NCBI GenBank assembly: GCA_028712505.1
Contig: JAQTQC010000001.1
Location: forward strand, 77,635 to 141,634
DNA: 64,000 nt
Source of the DNA: Candidatus Omnitrophota bacterium
Lineage (GTDB): Bacteria; Omnitrophota; Gorgyraeia; Gygaellales; Profunditerraquicolaceae
Direction of reading: 5' to 3'
Shown here: positions 50,348 through 60,493 of the stretch, in pieces
How positions within the stretch are numbered: the first letter of the stretch is position 1
How the letters are laid out: each line of letters begins with the position of its first letter
Notes under the pieces: model-generated
The model's database searches: none
The model's input: the letters and a program-made list of their open reading frames with translations, nothing else
Told to the model about the DNA's origin: nothing
Position numbers and translations under genes: made by a program

Positions 50348-52270
50348 ATGCATCTTTCAATAGTTATCCCTACATATAAAAGATATGATTTACTAAAACA
50401 GTGCCTGGATTCTGTGTTGCAACAGGATTATCCTTTAACCGAATACGAGGTCATCGTAGTTGATGATGCCCGGGATAATCAGGTTAAGGCGCTCTTGGAT
50501 CAATTAAAAGAAAAGCATCCAAATCTACAATATATCGCGCAAGATCATCGGGGTCCTGCAGCAGCCAGGAATTTAGGCATCCGTTTTTCTTCCGGGGAGA
50601 TCGTCGGCTTTATTGACGATGATTGTCTCGTAGATAGGGGTTGGGTAAAGCTGATGACCTTGGCGCATCTAAAGAATCCTACGATAGCCGCTGTAGGCGG
50701 TCTGACTATTTCTGCTACTTCAAAAAGCACGGTTTTGGCCAGCCAGTTCCTGAGCAATTGCAGTATTGCAACCTATTATCAAGGATCTACCCAAGTGATA
50801 TTCTTCCCTACTTGCAATGTTTCGTTAAAAAGGACGATATTCCAAGCCTACCAGTTTGATGAAAACTTTCCCGCTCCAGGAGGTGAAGATTTGGAATTTT
50901 TCTGGAAGTTATTTAAGGACGGACATCGTTTTATCTGGGAAAGAAATATAAAAACTATTCATTACCGTGATGAAACGACTTTAAGTTTTTTAAAGCAGGC
51001 CTATTTTTACGGGATGGGTAACTTTCTAGCCCAGTATTTGCATGGGGATCACCCCCTGCTTAAGGAACTTAAAACAGGGTGGATTTCTTTTTGGCCAGCT
51101 TCATTAATCAATGTTATGAAAATTCCTCGCTTTAGCTGTCTTTTAGGGAGGCGATTAATATCGGAAAGCGATATTAAAGGCAGGTGGAAAAAATTATCTA
51201 TATACGGTTATTTTATTTTGCATAAAGTTTTTTATGTGTTGGGTAATGTTTCAGAGTATGTCCGGACCAGGAAAATTGGCTTGAGGAAAGTGCCAAGAGC
51301 GATCTATATCCCGCGTTTATTCATATTGGACATAACCCATTCCTGTAATTTACATTGCCGTATTTGCGATATATGGAAAACGGGCAAAGAGGAAAAGGAT
51401 ATAGACATCACCCATATTAAGAAAATGCTCTCCGAGGCCAAAAAGCTTAAAATCAAGGAAGTCTCTCTTTCCGGGGGAGAGGTATTGATGAGAAAGGACA
51501 TATTCGAGATTTTTGATTATGCCCGGGGCCTGGGGATAAAAAGATTAGGCGTTTTAACTAATGGAATATTAGTTAAGGAAAATTTAGACAGGTTAAAGCC
51601 TTATCTCATTGACAATACTATATCTCTGGTTATTTCCCTAGATTCTTTAAAACAGGATCTGCATAATCATATCAGGAGCTCGATTTCGGCCTGGCAGGAA
51701 ACCATTGAAGTATTAAAGATGCTTTCTTTGATAAAGAAGGAAAACCCCCAGGTCAATTTTAACGTGATCAGCATAATCCTTAATCAAAACCTGGAAGAAC
51801 TCCCGGAATTAGCCCTCTATATTAAATCAATAGGGGCAAATTCTTTGCAATTCCAGGTGTTATTGTCGAATAACCTGAGGATGTCCGAAAGGAGACAATC
51901 TGATTTCTGGGTTCCTGGGGAAAGGCTCGCACTTCTTGATTTAACAATCGATAAATTAGTAAGCTTTAAAGAAAAAAATCCAGGCTTTGTCAGAAACTCG
52001 ATCAAAAACTTGGAATTAGCGAAAAAATATTACCGGGGGATATTGACTTCTGTCGATGTGCAATGTGTTTCTGCCCGGGATACGGTATTGGTATCAAACC
52101 AGGGAGATTGCACTACTTGTTTTTCAGCCTATGGCGACATGAAAAACAATAAATTAGAAGATATCCTTGGACAGGAAAAAATAGCCAGAAGCCGGAAGAT
52201 GGTTGAGAATTGCCGCTGGCCGTGTTTATTGCCGTGTTTTTGTGATATGGATAATAATTTGCAAAAATAA
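50348..52270 (+). CDS. family-2 glycosyltransferase fused to radical SAM/SPASM domain (array member 2)
   Basis: N-terminus LSIVIPTYKRYDLLKQCLDSV, EVIVVDDARDN, DxD-type GFIDDDC (GT-A/GT2). From about residue 320: CNLHCRICDIW, SGGEVLM, C-terminal CTTC...CRWPCLLPC. Confidence 0.8.
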   Translation: MHLSIVIPTYKRYDLLKQCLDSVLQQDYPLTEYEVIVVDDARDNQVKALLDQLKEKHPNLQYIAQDHRGPAAARNLGIRFSSGEIVGFIDDDCLVDRGWVKLMTLAHLKNPTIAAVGGLTISATSKSTVLASQFLSNCSIATYYQGSTQVIFFPTCNVSLKRTIFQAYQFDENFPAPGGEDLEFFWKLFKDGHRFIWERNIKTIHYRDETTLSFLKQAYFYGMGNFLAQYLHGDHPLLKELKTGWISFWPASLINVMKIPRFSCLLGRRLISESDIKGRWKKLSIYGYFILHKVFYVLGNVSEYVRTRKIGLRKVPRAIYIPRLFILDITHSCNLHCRICDIWKTGKEEKDIDITHIKKMLSEAKKLKIKEVSLSGGEVLMRKDIFEIFDYARGLGIKRLGVLTNGILVKENLDRLKPYLIDNTISLVISLDSLKQDLHNHIRSSISAWQETIEVLKMLSLIKKENPQVNFNVISIILNQNLEELPELALYIKSIGANSLQFQVLLSNNLRMSERRQSDFWVPGERLALLDLTIDKLVSFKEKNPGFVRNSIKNLELAKKYYRGILTSVDVQCVSARDTVLVSNQGDCTTCFSAYGDMKNNKLEDILGQEKIARSRKMVENCRWPCLLPCFCDMDNNLQK

Positions 52271-52285
52271 ATAAAGGGAGTCAAA

Positions 52286-53827
52286 TTGAAGTTAGCTTTA
52301 ATCCAGTGTCCTAATTGGACAGTATTTACACCGCCATATAACTTGGCTTTGCTGAAAGCAGTCTGTCAAAAGCGTGGGCATGAAGTTACCTGTCTGGATT
52401 TTAACATAAGATTCTTTAAGTATTTAAATGATAAAGAAAGAAGTGATTTATATAATAAACCTACGGATTGGTTTAGTGACAGTTTTGTCCAGACAGTGAT
52501 TGCTTCTCATTCTGCGTTTGTCGATAACTGTGTTACGGAAATACTCGGTCTTCATTCTAAGGCTATAGGGTTTAATGTCACCGGGCTTAACAGATTTTTT
52601 GCCGAAGAGGTCATTAAAAGAATTAAGACAAGAGATAAAGATAAAATTATATTCATAGGCGGCTCTCATTGTTTCAAGACGGAGATAGGCAAGGTGTTGT
52701 TATATGTCAATCCCGGCATAGACGCTCTCTGTTATTTGGAAGGCGAAAATGTCCTGCCGAATTTATTAGATGTGATTGAACGGGATGGAGAGATAGGTCC
52801 CTGTTCAGGTATCGCCTTTAGAAATAAGGATAATGAAATTATCGATTGTCCGGATCAGCCATTGGTTGAAGATCTTGATTCTCTACCCTTTGCTGATTTC
52901 TCGGATTTTGATGTCGGTGAATACGTTATGAAAGAATTGCCTATTTCTACAAGCAGAGGTTGTATCAACAGGTGTATTTTTTGCAGCGAGTCGAATATTT
53001 GGAAGAAATACAGATCCCGCAGCGCCAAGAACATCTTTGATGAGATAATTTACCAACTTGGCAAGTATCCGTATATTAGTTCATTTTTCTTTAATGATTC
53101 TTTGCTTAATGGGGATTTAAAGGCTTTGGATGAGCTCTGCGATCTTTTGATAAACAATAATATTAAGATTACCTGGGGTGGTCAGGCTGCTATTCGCCAG
53201 TTGATGAATAAGGATTTGATAGAAAAAATGAAAAAGGCCGGATGCTTTCATTTGACCTATGGTTTGGAAAGTGTAAGCCCTAGGATAATGAAGATGATTG
53301 GAAAGAACTTTTCTCCGGAATTAGCTGAGAGGGTGATAAAAGATAGCCAGCAAGCTGGCATAAAAACAGATGTGACCATTATTATAGGTTTTCCCACTGA
53401 AACGGATGAAGATATAATTTCTACCGGAGAGTTTCTTAAGAAAAACAGGCAATTTATCAATGAGATATTCTTTCATTTGCTGGTAATCGCCCGGGGGACC
53501 TATCTTTACGAAAACCGGGATTCTCTGGGCATAGAATTAGAGGATAATTTTAATTCAGTCCGCTGGCATTCTAATAAGGAAGTTAATACTTTAAGTAAAA
53601 GGTTGGAAGTTTTGGATGTTTACAATAGATTTGTCGGTCAGGGGGGGACTGATTTCTACTCTGCCCCAGATTATTACATATACTCTGCTGATAAATGTCT
53701 CAGGGCTAATGACTATAAGAGCGCCCTTGGTCTTTATCTTAAGGCTAAGAAGATAAACACAAATGCCTTAAAAGCTAAATATATAGAAGAAAGAATCATT
53801 GAGGTTCAACAAAACTTAAACGTATAA
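52286..53827 (+). CDS. B12-binding domain radical SAM protein (array member 3)
   Basis: N-terminal B12-binding-like Rossmann region, SRGCINRCIFCSES (CxxxCxxC), elongated C-terminal helical region. TTG start with AAGGGAG RBS. Confidence 0.75.
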   Translation: MKLALIQCPNWTVFTPPYNLALLKAVCQKRGHEVTCLDFNIRFFKYLNDKERSDLYNKPTDWFSDSFVQTVIASHSAFVDNCVTEILGLHSKAIGFNVTGLNRFFAEEVIKRIKTRDKDKIIFIGGSHCFKTEIGKVLLYVNPGIDALCYLEGENVLPNLLDVIERDGEIGPCSGIAFRNKDNEIIDCPDQPLVEDLDSLPFADFSDFDVGEYVMKELPISTSRGCINRCIFCSESNIWKKYRSRSAKNIFDEIIYQLGKYPYISSFFFNDSLLNGDLKALDELCDLLINNNIKITWGGQAAIRQLMNKDLIEKMKKAGCFHLTYGLESVSPRIMKMIGKNFSPELAERVIKDSQQAGIKTDVTIIIGFPTETDEDIISTGEFLKKNRQFINEIFFHLLVIARGTYLYENRDSLGIELEDNFNSVRWHSNKEVNTLSKRLEVLDVYNRFVGQGGTDFYSAPDYYIYSADKCLRANDYKSALGLYLKAKKINTNALKAKYIEERIIEVQQNLNV

Positions 53828-53843
53828 TTAAAGGACCGCTATT

Positions 53844-55298
53844 ATGTGGCAATACTCTTTACATAATATAAACGCCCAGCTTGATTATTTTAATTCCGTC
53901 AAAGAGGATTATCTTTATAACTTTTCCTTGACTTTAAACAGTCCGCTTATCGGGCCTTTTATGCTACAGCTTATTCTTACCACCAGGTGCAATTTACGAT
54001 GTAAAATGTGCGGAGTATGGAAGACTTACGAAGAAGAAATAGACACGGTTTATGTTAAGAAAGCCATTGATGACGCTTATAAAATGGGCAACCTCCAGCA
54101 GGTTTACTTTACCGGAGGTGAAGTCTTGTTACGTCCGGATATTTTCCGTCTTATAAAATATGTTAAAGACCACTATCCCTCGGTTATCACTCATCTTAAT
54201 ACCAATGGCCTGCTTCTTACCAGGGAAACAATCAACAGGCTCATTGATGTTGCTCCCACTACTCTGGGGGTTTCTATTGATTCGCCTGATCCTAAAATCC
54301 ATAACTCTTTGCGGGGGGAGGGAGTGTTGGAGAAGGTTGTTCTGGCCCTTGATTGCATAAATGAGCAGAAAGAGAAAAGAAATTCCAGATTCCCGATGGT
54401 TAACACTTTGTCCATTTTGATGGATCAGACATTAGAGACGATGCCGGGGATGATTGATTTTGCCGTGAAATATAAATTTGCCGGTCTTTGTATCCAGCCT
54501 TATGTTTGTAACAGCGATTTGCGTGGAGAAACTGAAGATAACTTTTTGATCAAAAAGGAGCGTCTTCCTGTTTTGCGGGAAGTCCTGGATAAAATAGAAG
54601 AAAAAAGAAAAAATGCCCCTCTGCATGTGGATATCGCCAGCGATAAGATTTATAATTATTTTGCTAATCCGGTCTATGTTGATAAATGTTATTCTGGTTT
54701 TACCCGGGCTCTTGTTGTCGGCAGAAAGATTTGTTTTGTCTGTAACGGCCCGAATAATGAAAAGCGGCAGCACTTCGGAGAAGCAGATAAAGACTCTATT
54801 GATTCTGTCTGGTTTTCCGAAGGAGCGGCTTTTTTTAGGAATACTATAAAAACCTGTAAGAAAAATTGTGTCCAATTTTGTTCCATAAGGCCTTCATCGG
54901 ATTCAGCTGTTGATATAAACAATCGCCTCAAAGAGCGCAAAGATTTATTCTTGTTATTCAGGGAGATAAGCTTTCTGGAAGATTATGCTGCTAAATATCC
55001 CAGCTTGCCCCTGGGGGAAATAATCGAATCCGATTATCGCCTGGTCTTTGAATGCCTGGATATTTTACTAGTTGCTATTGATTTGGTTATTGCCGGGAAT
55101 GAGATTGATGTAGATACGCATTACCTTGCCAGCGACCTGCAGAAGTTGAGCGAGTATTTGGGGGAAAAAGATTCCTTATACCGGGTTCTTGTTGATGAAA
55201 AATTAAATGGAATAGATATAGAAAATCAAAAACCCCAGGATAAATTAAGCTTATATAAAACAATGCTTCAAGAATATTATTGCAAGAAGGGTGTTTAA
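53844..55298 (+). CDS. radical SAM/SPASM domain protein (array member 4) with about 130 aa C-terminal extension
   Basis: CNLRCKMCGVW, TGGEVLL, CYSG...CFVC...CKKNCVQFC. Confidence 0.8.
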   Translation: MWQYSLHNINAQLDYFNSVKEDYLYNFSLTLNSPLIGPFMLQLILTTRCNLRCKMCGVWKTYEEEIDTVYVKKAIDDAYKMGNLQQVYFTGGEVLLRPDIFRLIKYVKDHYPSVITHLNTNGLLLTRETINRLIDVAPTTLGVSIDSPDPKIHNSLRGEGVLEKVVLALDCINEQKEKRNSRFPMVNTLSILMDQTLETMPGMIDFAVKYKFAGLCIQPYVCNSDLRGETEDNFLIKKERLPVLREVLDKIEEKRKNAPLHVDIASDKIYNYFANPVYVDKCYSGFTRALVVGRKICFVCNGPNNEKRQHFGEADKDSIDSVWFSEGAAFFRNTIKTCKKNCVQFCSIRPSSDSAVDINNRLKERKDLFLLFREISFLEDYAAKYPSLPLGEIIESDYRLVFECLDILLVAIDLVIAGNEIDVDTHYLASDLQKLSEYLGEKDSLYRVLVDEKLNGIDIENQKPQDKLSLYKTMLQEYYCKKGV

Positions 55299-56323
55299 TG
55301 ATTTCTGACGAATTATTTTATCGGGTCAAGGAGAATTTGAAACAACTGAGCGGTCCTTATTGCATAGATTTTATTCTTACTAATTCGTGTAATCTTAGAT
55401 GTAAGTATTGCCGGGGAGGCCGGAGGCCGGGCCGGGAGGACTATTTGTCAGAAGATGTCCTAAAGCGGTTTCTGAGTTCTGCTAAAGACTTGCGGGTAAA
55501 GGAAATTTCCCTGACTTCGGCAATTGGCGAGCCGACCTCGTTTAAAAAACTCAATTTCTTAATGAAGGAAATTAAATTAAACGGATTCCTGGGAAGTTTA
55601 TTAACTAATGGCAGCCTGTTGGACTTAAATTTTGCTAATTTTCTGCAGCAGATTAAATGGGATCTTTTGATCCTTTCTTTGGATTCTTTTAATCCGGATA
55701 TCCAGTATTCACTCCGGCCAAGTCGTGATGGCCGGGATTATTTAAATGGTATCCTTGAATTTTTACGGTTCTGCCGACAGGATTTCCGGAGTCTCTGCCT
55801 GAATTTTAATATGGTTGTGAGCGCTCTGAATTACCAGGATGTAGAGGAGTATTTTGGAAAAGCCGAGTCTTACGGCGTGAAGAATATAACTTTGTTAAAA
55901 TTAGTAAAAATGAACAAGAGCTATGGAAAGCTTGCATTAACTGAAAGCCAGCTGGCAGATTTTAAAAGAATAATAAAGAATATGCATACTTCTATTTCAT
56001 TTAACTATCTTGAATGGCTTAGTGAAGATAATCTAGGTGGCCAAGAAAGCGTTTTAAATAAACAACAGGCGACCTCAAGGAACTGTTATTATCATTTATA
56101 TAAAGTTTTGATTGACCGCGATGGACGGGTATTGGTATGTAACGGTAATGCTTCTGATAAGACGGATTTTAACATCATTGATGAACCCTTAAAAGAAATA
56201 TACTTCAAATTGGTGAAATTATATATGTCACGCAGGAATAATCCTGCTTGTTACGATATTTGCTGCAGCCCGATCAAAACCATAAACCAGGAAATTGATT
56301 TTCGTTTGTCTAACGGTGAATGA
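55298..56323 (+). CDS. radical SAM domain protein (array member 5)
   Basis: CNLRCKYCRGG. C-terminal Cys reduced to CYDICCSP. ATG at 55298 (TAATG coupling) preferred over the TTG at 55280. Confidence 0.75.
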   Translation: MISDELFYRVKENLKQLSGPYCIDFILTNSCNLRCKYCRGGRRPGREDYLSEDVLKRFLSSAKDLRVKEISLTSAIGEPTSFKKLNFLMKEIKLNGFLGSLLTNGSLLDLNFANFLQQIKWDLLILSLDSFNPDIQYSLRPSRDGRDYLNGILEFLRFCRQDFRSLCLNFNMVVSALNYQDVEEYFGKAESYGVKNITLLKLVKMNKSYGKLALTESQLADFKRIIKNMHTSISFNYLEWLSEDNLGGQESVLNKQQATSRNCYYHLYKVLIDRDGRVLVCNGNASDKTDFNIIDEPLKEIYFKLVKLYMSRRNNPACYDICCSPIKTINQEIDFRLSNGE

Positions 56324-57282
56324 TGGATAGGGATTTTAAGATCAGAGAATTCTATATCGCGATTACAAATCGTTGTAATCTTGCCTGCATAATGTGTACT
56401 ACCGGTCAGGGTAGGCATAATGTTAAAGATGAATTGACGGCAGAAGAATGGAAAAAAGTAGTTGCTAATCTGAATAAGGATTGCTTGATTCAGAGGATAA
56501 CTTTTGGGGGAGGAGAGCCGTTATTAAGGAAGGACCTGGTCGAAGTAATCAAATTCGTCTGCTCGATTGGCATCGAGGAAGTAAATATTATATCAAATGG
56601 GACTTTATTGAACCGTGGGTTTATGCAGCAGTTTGATGAAAACGAGCTAAAAAAACTTGGAATCAATATTTCAATAGATGGCTTAGAGTATGATCATGAT
56701 TATATCCGCGGTCATGGGGTGTTTAAGAGGATGATAAATAATTTCGATTCATTATACAATGATTTTCTTAAGCCCGGCCGGATAAAAGATCTTGTCGTAA
56801 GTTCGATACTTATGCAGGAAAATTTTGCCCATTACATCGATTTCCTCGAATTCATTAAGAAGTACGCCGGGGTGAGAGTAGATATACAGCCGGTGATTCC
56901 CAATAATGAGATTTGTTATCAAAAAGGAGACTTTAAATTAACTGAGGTGGAGAAAAATGAGCTGGCGGGAATAATTGATTATTTGCTTGAGAATATAAAA
57001 ATAAGCGCCCGGCCAGCCGAGGTGATAAAGTCTTATTTCAGGTATTTTGAGAACAATTTAGCAAAATCCAACAGGTGTTCTACGGGTTATGAATCTTTGA
57101 ACATAACTTTTGACGGTTATCCTTATTTATGCGGGAAGCAGATCATGATGCCTTTGCACAAATTTGATTTCAAGGACGTTTTTTATTCTAAAGAATACCA
57201 GGATGAGCTGCAGCGGATTAAATCGTGCAGGCAACCTTGTCTTCAGGGGTTGCATTTGAATCCAGAGGAAGAATACAGATAA
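56320..57282 (+). CDS. radical SAM/SPASM-twitch domain protein (array member 6)
   Basis: CNLACIMCTTG, GGGEPLL, C-terminal CSTG...CGKQ...CRQPCLQG. ATGA overlap with the previous gene. Confidence 0.8.
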   Translation: MMDRDFKIREFYIAITNRCNLACIMCTTGQGRHNVKDELTAEEWKKVVANLNKDCLIQRITFGGGEPLLRKDLVEVIKFVCSIGIEEVNIISNGTLLNRGFMQQFDENELKKLGINISIDGLEYDHDYIRGHGVFKRMINNFDSLYNDFLKPGRIKDLVVSSILMQENFAHYIDFLEFIKKYAGVRVDIQPVIPNNEICYQKGDFKLTEVEKNELAGIIDYLLENIKISARPAEVIKSYFRYFENNLAKSNRCSTGYESLNITFDGYPYLCGKQIMMPLHKFDFKDVFYSKEYQDELQRIKSCRQPCLQGLHLNPEEEYR

Positions 57283-57294
57283 GCTGGAAATTTA

Positions 57295-58425
57295 TTGGAC
57301 AGCATAATGTTGAAATCGATAAAAAATATAGCCTCCTCCATTTTTAAAAAAGATACTCCGGTTTTTACCGATTCTTTTGCCAGGCTTAATTTTTCCATCT
57401 TTAGAAAGCTGCAGGGTCCTCAGGCGATTGAGTGGTTTCCTTCTTATACATGCAATTCTAGATGTCAATATTGCGGGGGTTATGATAAAGAGGCAAAGGC
57501 AGGTTTTGGCAAGATCGTATCTAAGAAAAATATCAAGGAATGGATAAAATTATCCGGTAGTTCAGGCTCTACTTTATGGAATATCGGAGGAAGAGGGGGT
57601 GAGCCTTTACTATATCCCAAGCTTATTGAAGCGCTTGAATTAATCAAATTCTATAAAATGCAGGGAGTTTTGATTACAAATGGCATCCTGCTGGATGAGG
57701 TGTTTTTATCCAGGCTGGCTAAGGCAAAATGGGATATTTTACGCATCAGCCTGGATTCGCATATCCCTGAGATTCATGATCAAATCAGGGGAATTGACGG
57801 CAATTTCAGGAATATAGATGCGGCGTTGACTCTGATTAAAAAAATCAAAGAAGACTCCAGTTCGATCTATCCCTATCTAATTTGCTGCCCGGTTATTACA
57901 GGGAAGAATTATAAATATATATCCGGATACATCGAATATTGCATAAAGAAAGGGGTTGAAGAAATTCAATTTATGCCTTTAATTAATGTCCACGAACGGG
58001 CCGCGAAACTCAATTTATCTGATGAGCAGAAGAATGAATTAATGGTTTTTCTGCAAACGGCTGCAGGCGAGAAAAGGATAAGGCACAACATCGGATTTAT
58101 TATCTCACTTTTTAAAGACAATAAGAATACTAATCCCGGGTCTGCTTTAATAGATGATTCTCCCAAGAAATTATATTGCATACATTTATGGAAGACCCTG
58201 GTTATCTCGGAAGACGGGTTTCTTTCTCCCTGTTCTTTAATAAAGGATAAATTGTTAAAAATCAGGGGTTCGTATGCCAGGGCCTGGGATAGCCGTGTAA
58301 TGAACAACCTGCGCCAGAAGATATTAAGAGGTGAATTGATCAGCCCTCTTTGTAATGATTGCTGTGGTCCATTAAAAAATGAGACTGATAACTTTAACCG
58401 CTACCTGCAAGAGGTCTCACATTAA
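57295..58425 (+). CDS. radical SAM/SPASM-twitch domain protein (array member 7)
   Basis: CNSRCQYCGG, GGRGGEPLL, C-terminal CIHLW...CSLI...CNDCCGP. Confidence 0.8.
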   Translation: MDSIMLKSIKNIASSIFKKDTPVFTDSFARLNFSIFRKLQGPQAIEWFPSYTCNSRCQYCGGYDKEAKAGFGKIVSKKNIKEWIKLSGSSGSTLWNIGGRGGEPLLYPKLIEALELIKFYKMQGVLITNGILLDEVFLSRLAKAKWDILRISLDSHIPEIHDQIRGIDGNFRNIDAALTLIKKIKEDSSSIYPYLICCPVITGKNYKYISGYIEYCIKKGVEEIQFMPLINVHERAAKLNLSDEQKNELMVFLQTAAGEKRIRHNIGFIISLFKDNKNTNPGSALIDDSPKKLYCIHLWKTLVISEDGFLSPCSLIKDKLLKIRGSYARAWDSRVMNNLRQKILRGELISPLCNDCCGPLKNETDNFNRYLQEVSH

Positions 58426-58431
58426 AATACT

Positions 58432-59433
58432 ATGAACCTATTGAAGAGATGTCTATATAGTTTATCAAGATCAATGTCCCGGCCTTTGGCTTCCCCGGAA
58501 TTATTGATATTATCTTTAACTGACTGCTGTAATTTAAAGTGCCTGACTTGTAATATCAAGAAGGAAGCTGAGAGGGAACTTTTAGAGGTAGATACCGAAA
58601 AAATATTTGATATCATCAGACAAGCCAAAGAGATGAAGATTGCGACTATAGTCTTAAGCGGTGGCGAGCCGTTCTTGGTTAAAGAGATATTCGGAATAGC
58701 TGATTATATCAAGGAGCTTGGAATGAACAGCTCTGTTACTACAAATGGAGTTTATGGCGAGGAAATGGCTAAAAAAATAGCTTTTTCTAGGATTAACCAT
58801 ATACATTTCTCTTGGGATGGTTTATCTGCACACAATGATGAGATACGGGGCCAGGCTAGCTATGACCGATTGATGCGTACAGTTAAGTTAATCCGACAGC
58901 TGAATCCTGATAAGTCTATAGGATTTGGCTCTGTTGTTTGCAGCAGGAATTGCAATGATTTATTCGAGATGACCAGGATAGCTGATGACTTAGGGGTCAA
59001 CAGCATGAATTTTATCCCCTTTTTGGTAAACAATATTGATCCTCAAAACGCAAAGAAAGGACATCAATCCCATTATCTTTGGCCGGATGAACATGATTTG
59101 GTTTGTCTGGAGGAAAATCTTAAAATGATTTCCGGGCATAAATATGAGAGACTCAAGATCAGCTTAACCCCAGATTTTCGGCTTTTACTTGATTACTACC
59201 GTTTAAAGCCAATAAGAAGAAAATGTTTCGCTGGATATAAAAGCATAATTATAACTGCGGCAAGAAAACATGATGGGAAGATGGTTTCTGATGTATTTTT
59301 CTGTCAGGATAGCTGCGGCAATATTTATGATACGTCATTAAAAAAGGCCTGGAACTCTTTAAAGGCCAAAGATATGCGGTTAAAAGCCCGGATGTGCAAT
59401 AATCCCTGTTTACAATTTTGTCATTATATATAG
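58432..59433 (+). CDS. radical SAM/SPASM-twitch domain protein (array member 8)
   Basis: CNLKCLTCNI, SGGEPFL, C-terminal CFAG...FCQDSCGN...CNNPCLQFC. Confidence 0.8.
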   Translation: MNLLKRCLYSLSRSMSRPLASPELLILSLTDCCNLKCLTCNIKKEAERELLEVDTEKIFDIIRQAKEMKIATIVLSGGEPFLVKEIFGIADYIKELGMNSSVTTNGVYGEEMAKKIAFSRINHIHFSWDGLSAHNDEIRGQASYDRLMRTVKLIRQLNPDKSIGFGSVVCSRNCNDLFEMTRIADDLGVNSMNFIPFLVNNIDPQNAKKGHQSHYLWPDEHDLVCLEENLKMISGHKYERLKISLTPDFRLLLDYYRLKPIRRKCFAGYKSIIITAARKHDGKMVSDVFFCQDSCGNIYDTSLKKAWNSLKAKDMRLKARMCNNPCLQFCHYI

Positions 59434-59440
59434 TATTCTG

Positions 59441-60493
59441 ATGAACTCTGAGAAATTCAATAAAATACTGCGTAATTTTAGATTTTGGTTATCCCGAGGT
59501 ATAGGCTTACCTTTGGTTAGTCCTGATGTGATTCAGATACCCATGACTAACCTTTGCAACCTGCGCTGCCGGATGTGTTCCATAAGCGAAAACGGGAACA
59601 GGGAATTGTCAAAGGAAACAATAATCGATATTCTGGATCAGGCTTCGGCAATGGGGATAAAAGAGGCAGTCTTGACTGGCGGAGAACCATTTTTAAGAAA
59701 AGACATCTTTGATATTTTAAAGCATTGTCGCTTAAGGTCAATGCGTTGGGTGATTACTACTAACGGGACTTTGATTGACCGGGATTTAGCGCAACGCCTA
59801 TCTGACTCCGGAGGAGGGCACCTGCATTTTTCTTTAGAAGGGCTGGAAAAAACAAATGATTTTTTCAGAGGGGATGGTAATTTTAAAAAGACCACCGAGG
59901 CAATAAAAATAATCAACAGCCTGCGCAATAAAGGTGCCTTTAGCTTGTCCGTAGGTATAGCCTGTACTGTAATGAAACAGAATCTGGATAATCTGCTTGG
60001 GCTCCTGGAATACTCCGATTCTATAAATGTCGATGTAGTTAATTTTCAACCGATGTTAAAAAATAATTTTAATACTCCAGAGCGGGGGGATAGCGATTTT
60101 TGGATTGATGCGGGCAAGCTGGGGGATTTGAATGAGGTCATCAAAAGAATCAAGAATTACCGCGGGCATCATGTAAGTGTTTTTCAGGAGCCTGATTTGG
60201 GTCTTTTCAGTAAATATTACCTGAAGAATCTGAATAACGGCGATTGGAAGTGTTTTGGTGGATATAAGACCATATTTATTTGCATAGGAGATGATGGTTC
60301 CCCGTTGGTCTATACCTGTCATGGTATATGCGGAAATTTAAATGAGGTGTCGTTGAAGAAGGCTTGGGTTTCCCATGCTGCCCGGCAGCTGAGGGAGAAA
60401 TCAAAGAAATGCAAAGAATTATGTCTGCAGTCATGTTATTCCCGTGAGTCTTCTTCCAGTTTGTTAAATGTTATTAGAGCAAGTAAGTTGTAG
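59441..60493 (+). CDS. radical SAM/SPASM-twitch domain protein (array member 9)
   Basis: CNLRCRMCSI, TGGEPFL, C-terminal CFGG...CHGICGN...CKELCLQSC. N-terminus (FWLSRGIGLPLVSPDVIQ) is paralogous to member 1 (FYLSRGLDYPLVSPDMLQ). Confidence 0.8.
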   Translation: MNSEKFNKILRNFRFWLSRGIGLPLVSPDVIQIPMTNLCNLRCRMCSISENGNRELSKETIIDILDQASAMGIKEAVLTGGEPFLRKDIFDILKHCRLRSMRWVITTNGTLIDRDLAQRLSDSGGGHLHFSLEGLEKTNDFFRGDGNFKKTTEAIKIINSLRNKGAFSLSVGIACTVMKQNLDNLLGLLEYSDSINVDVVNFQPMLKNNFNTPERGDSDFWIDAGKLGDLNEVIKRIKNYRGHHVSVFQEPDLGLFSKYYLKNLNNGDWKCFGGYKTIFICIGDDGSPLVYTCHGICGNLNEVSLKKAWVSHAARQLREKSKKCKELCLQSCYSRESSSSLLNVIRASKL

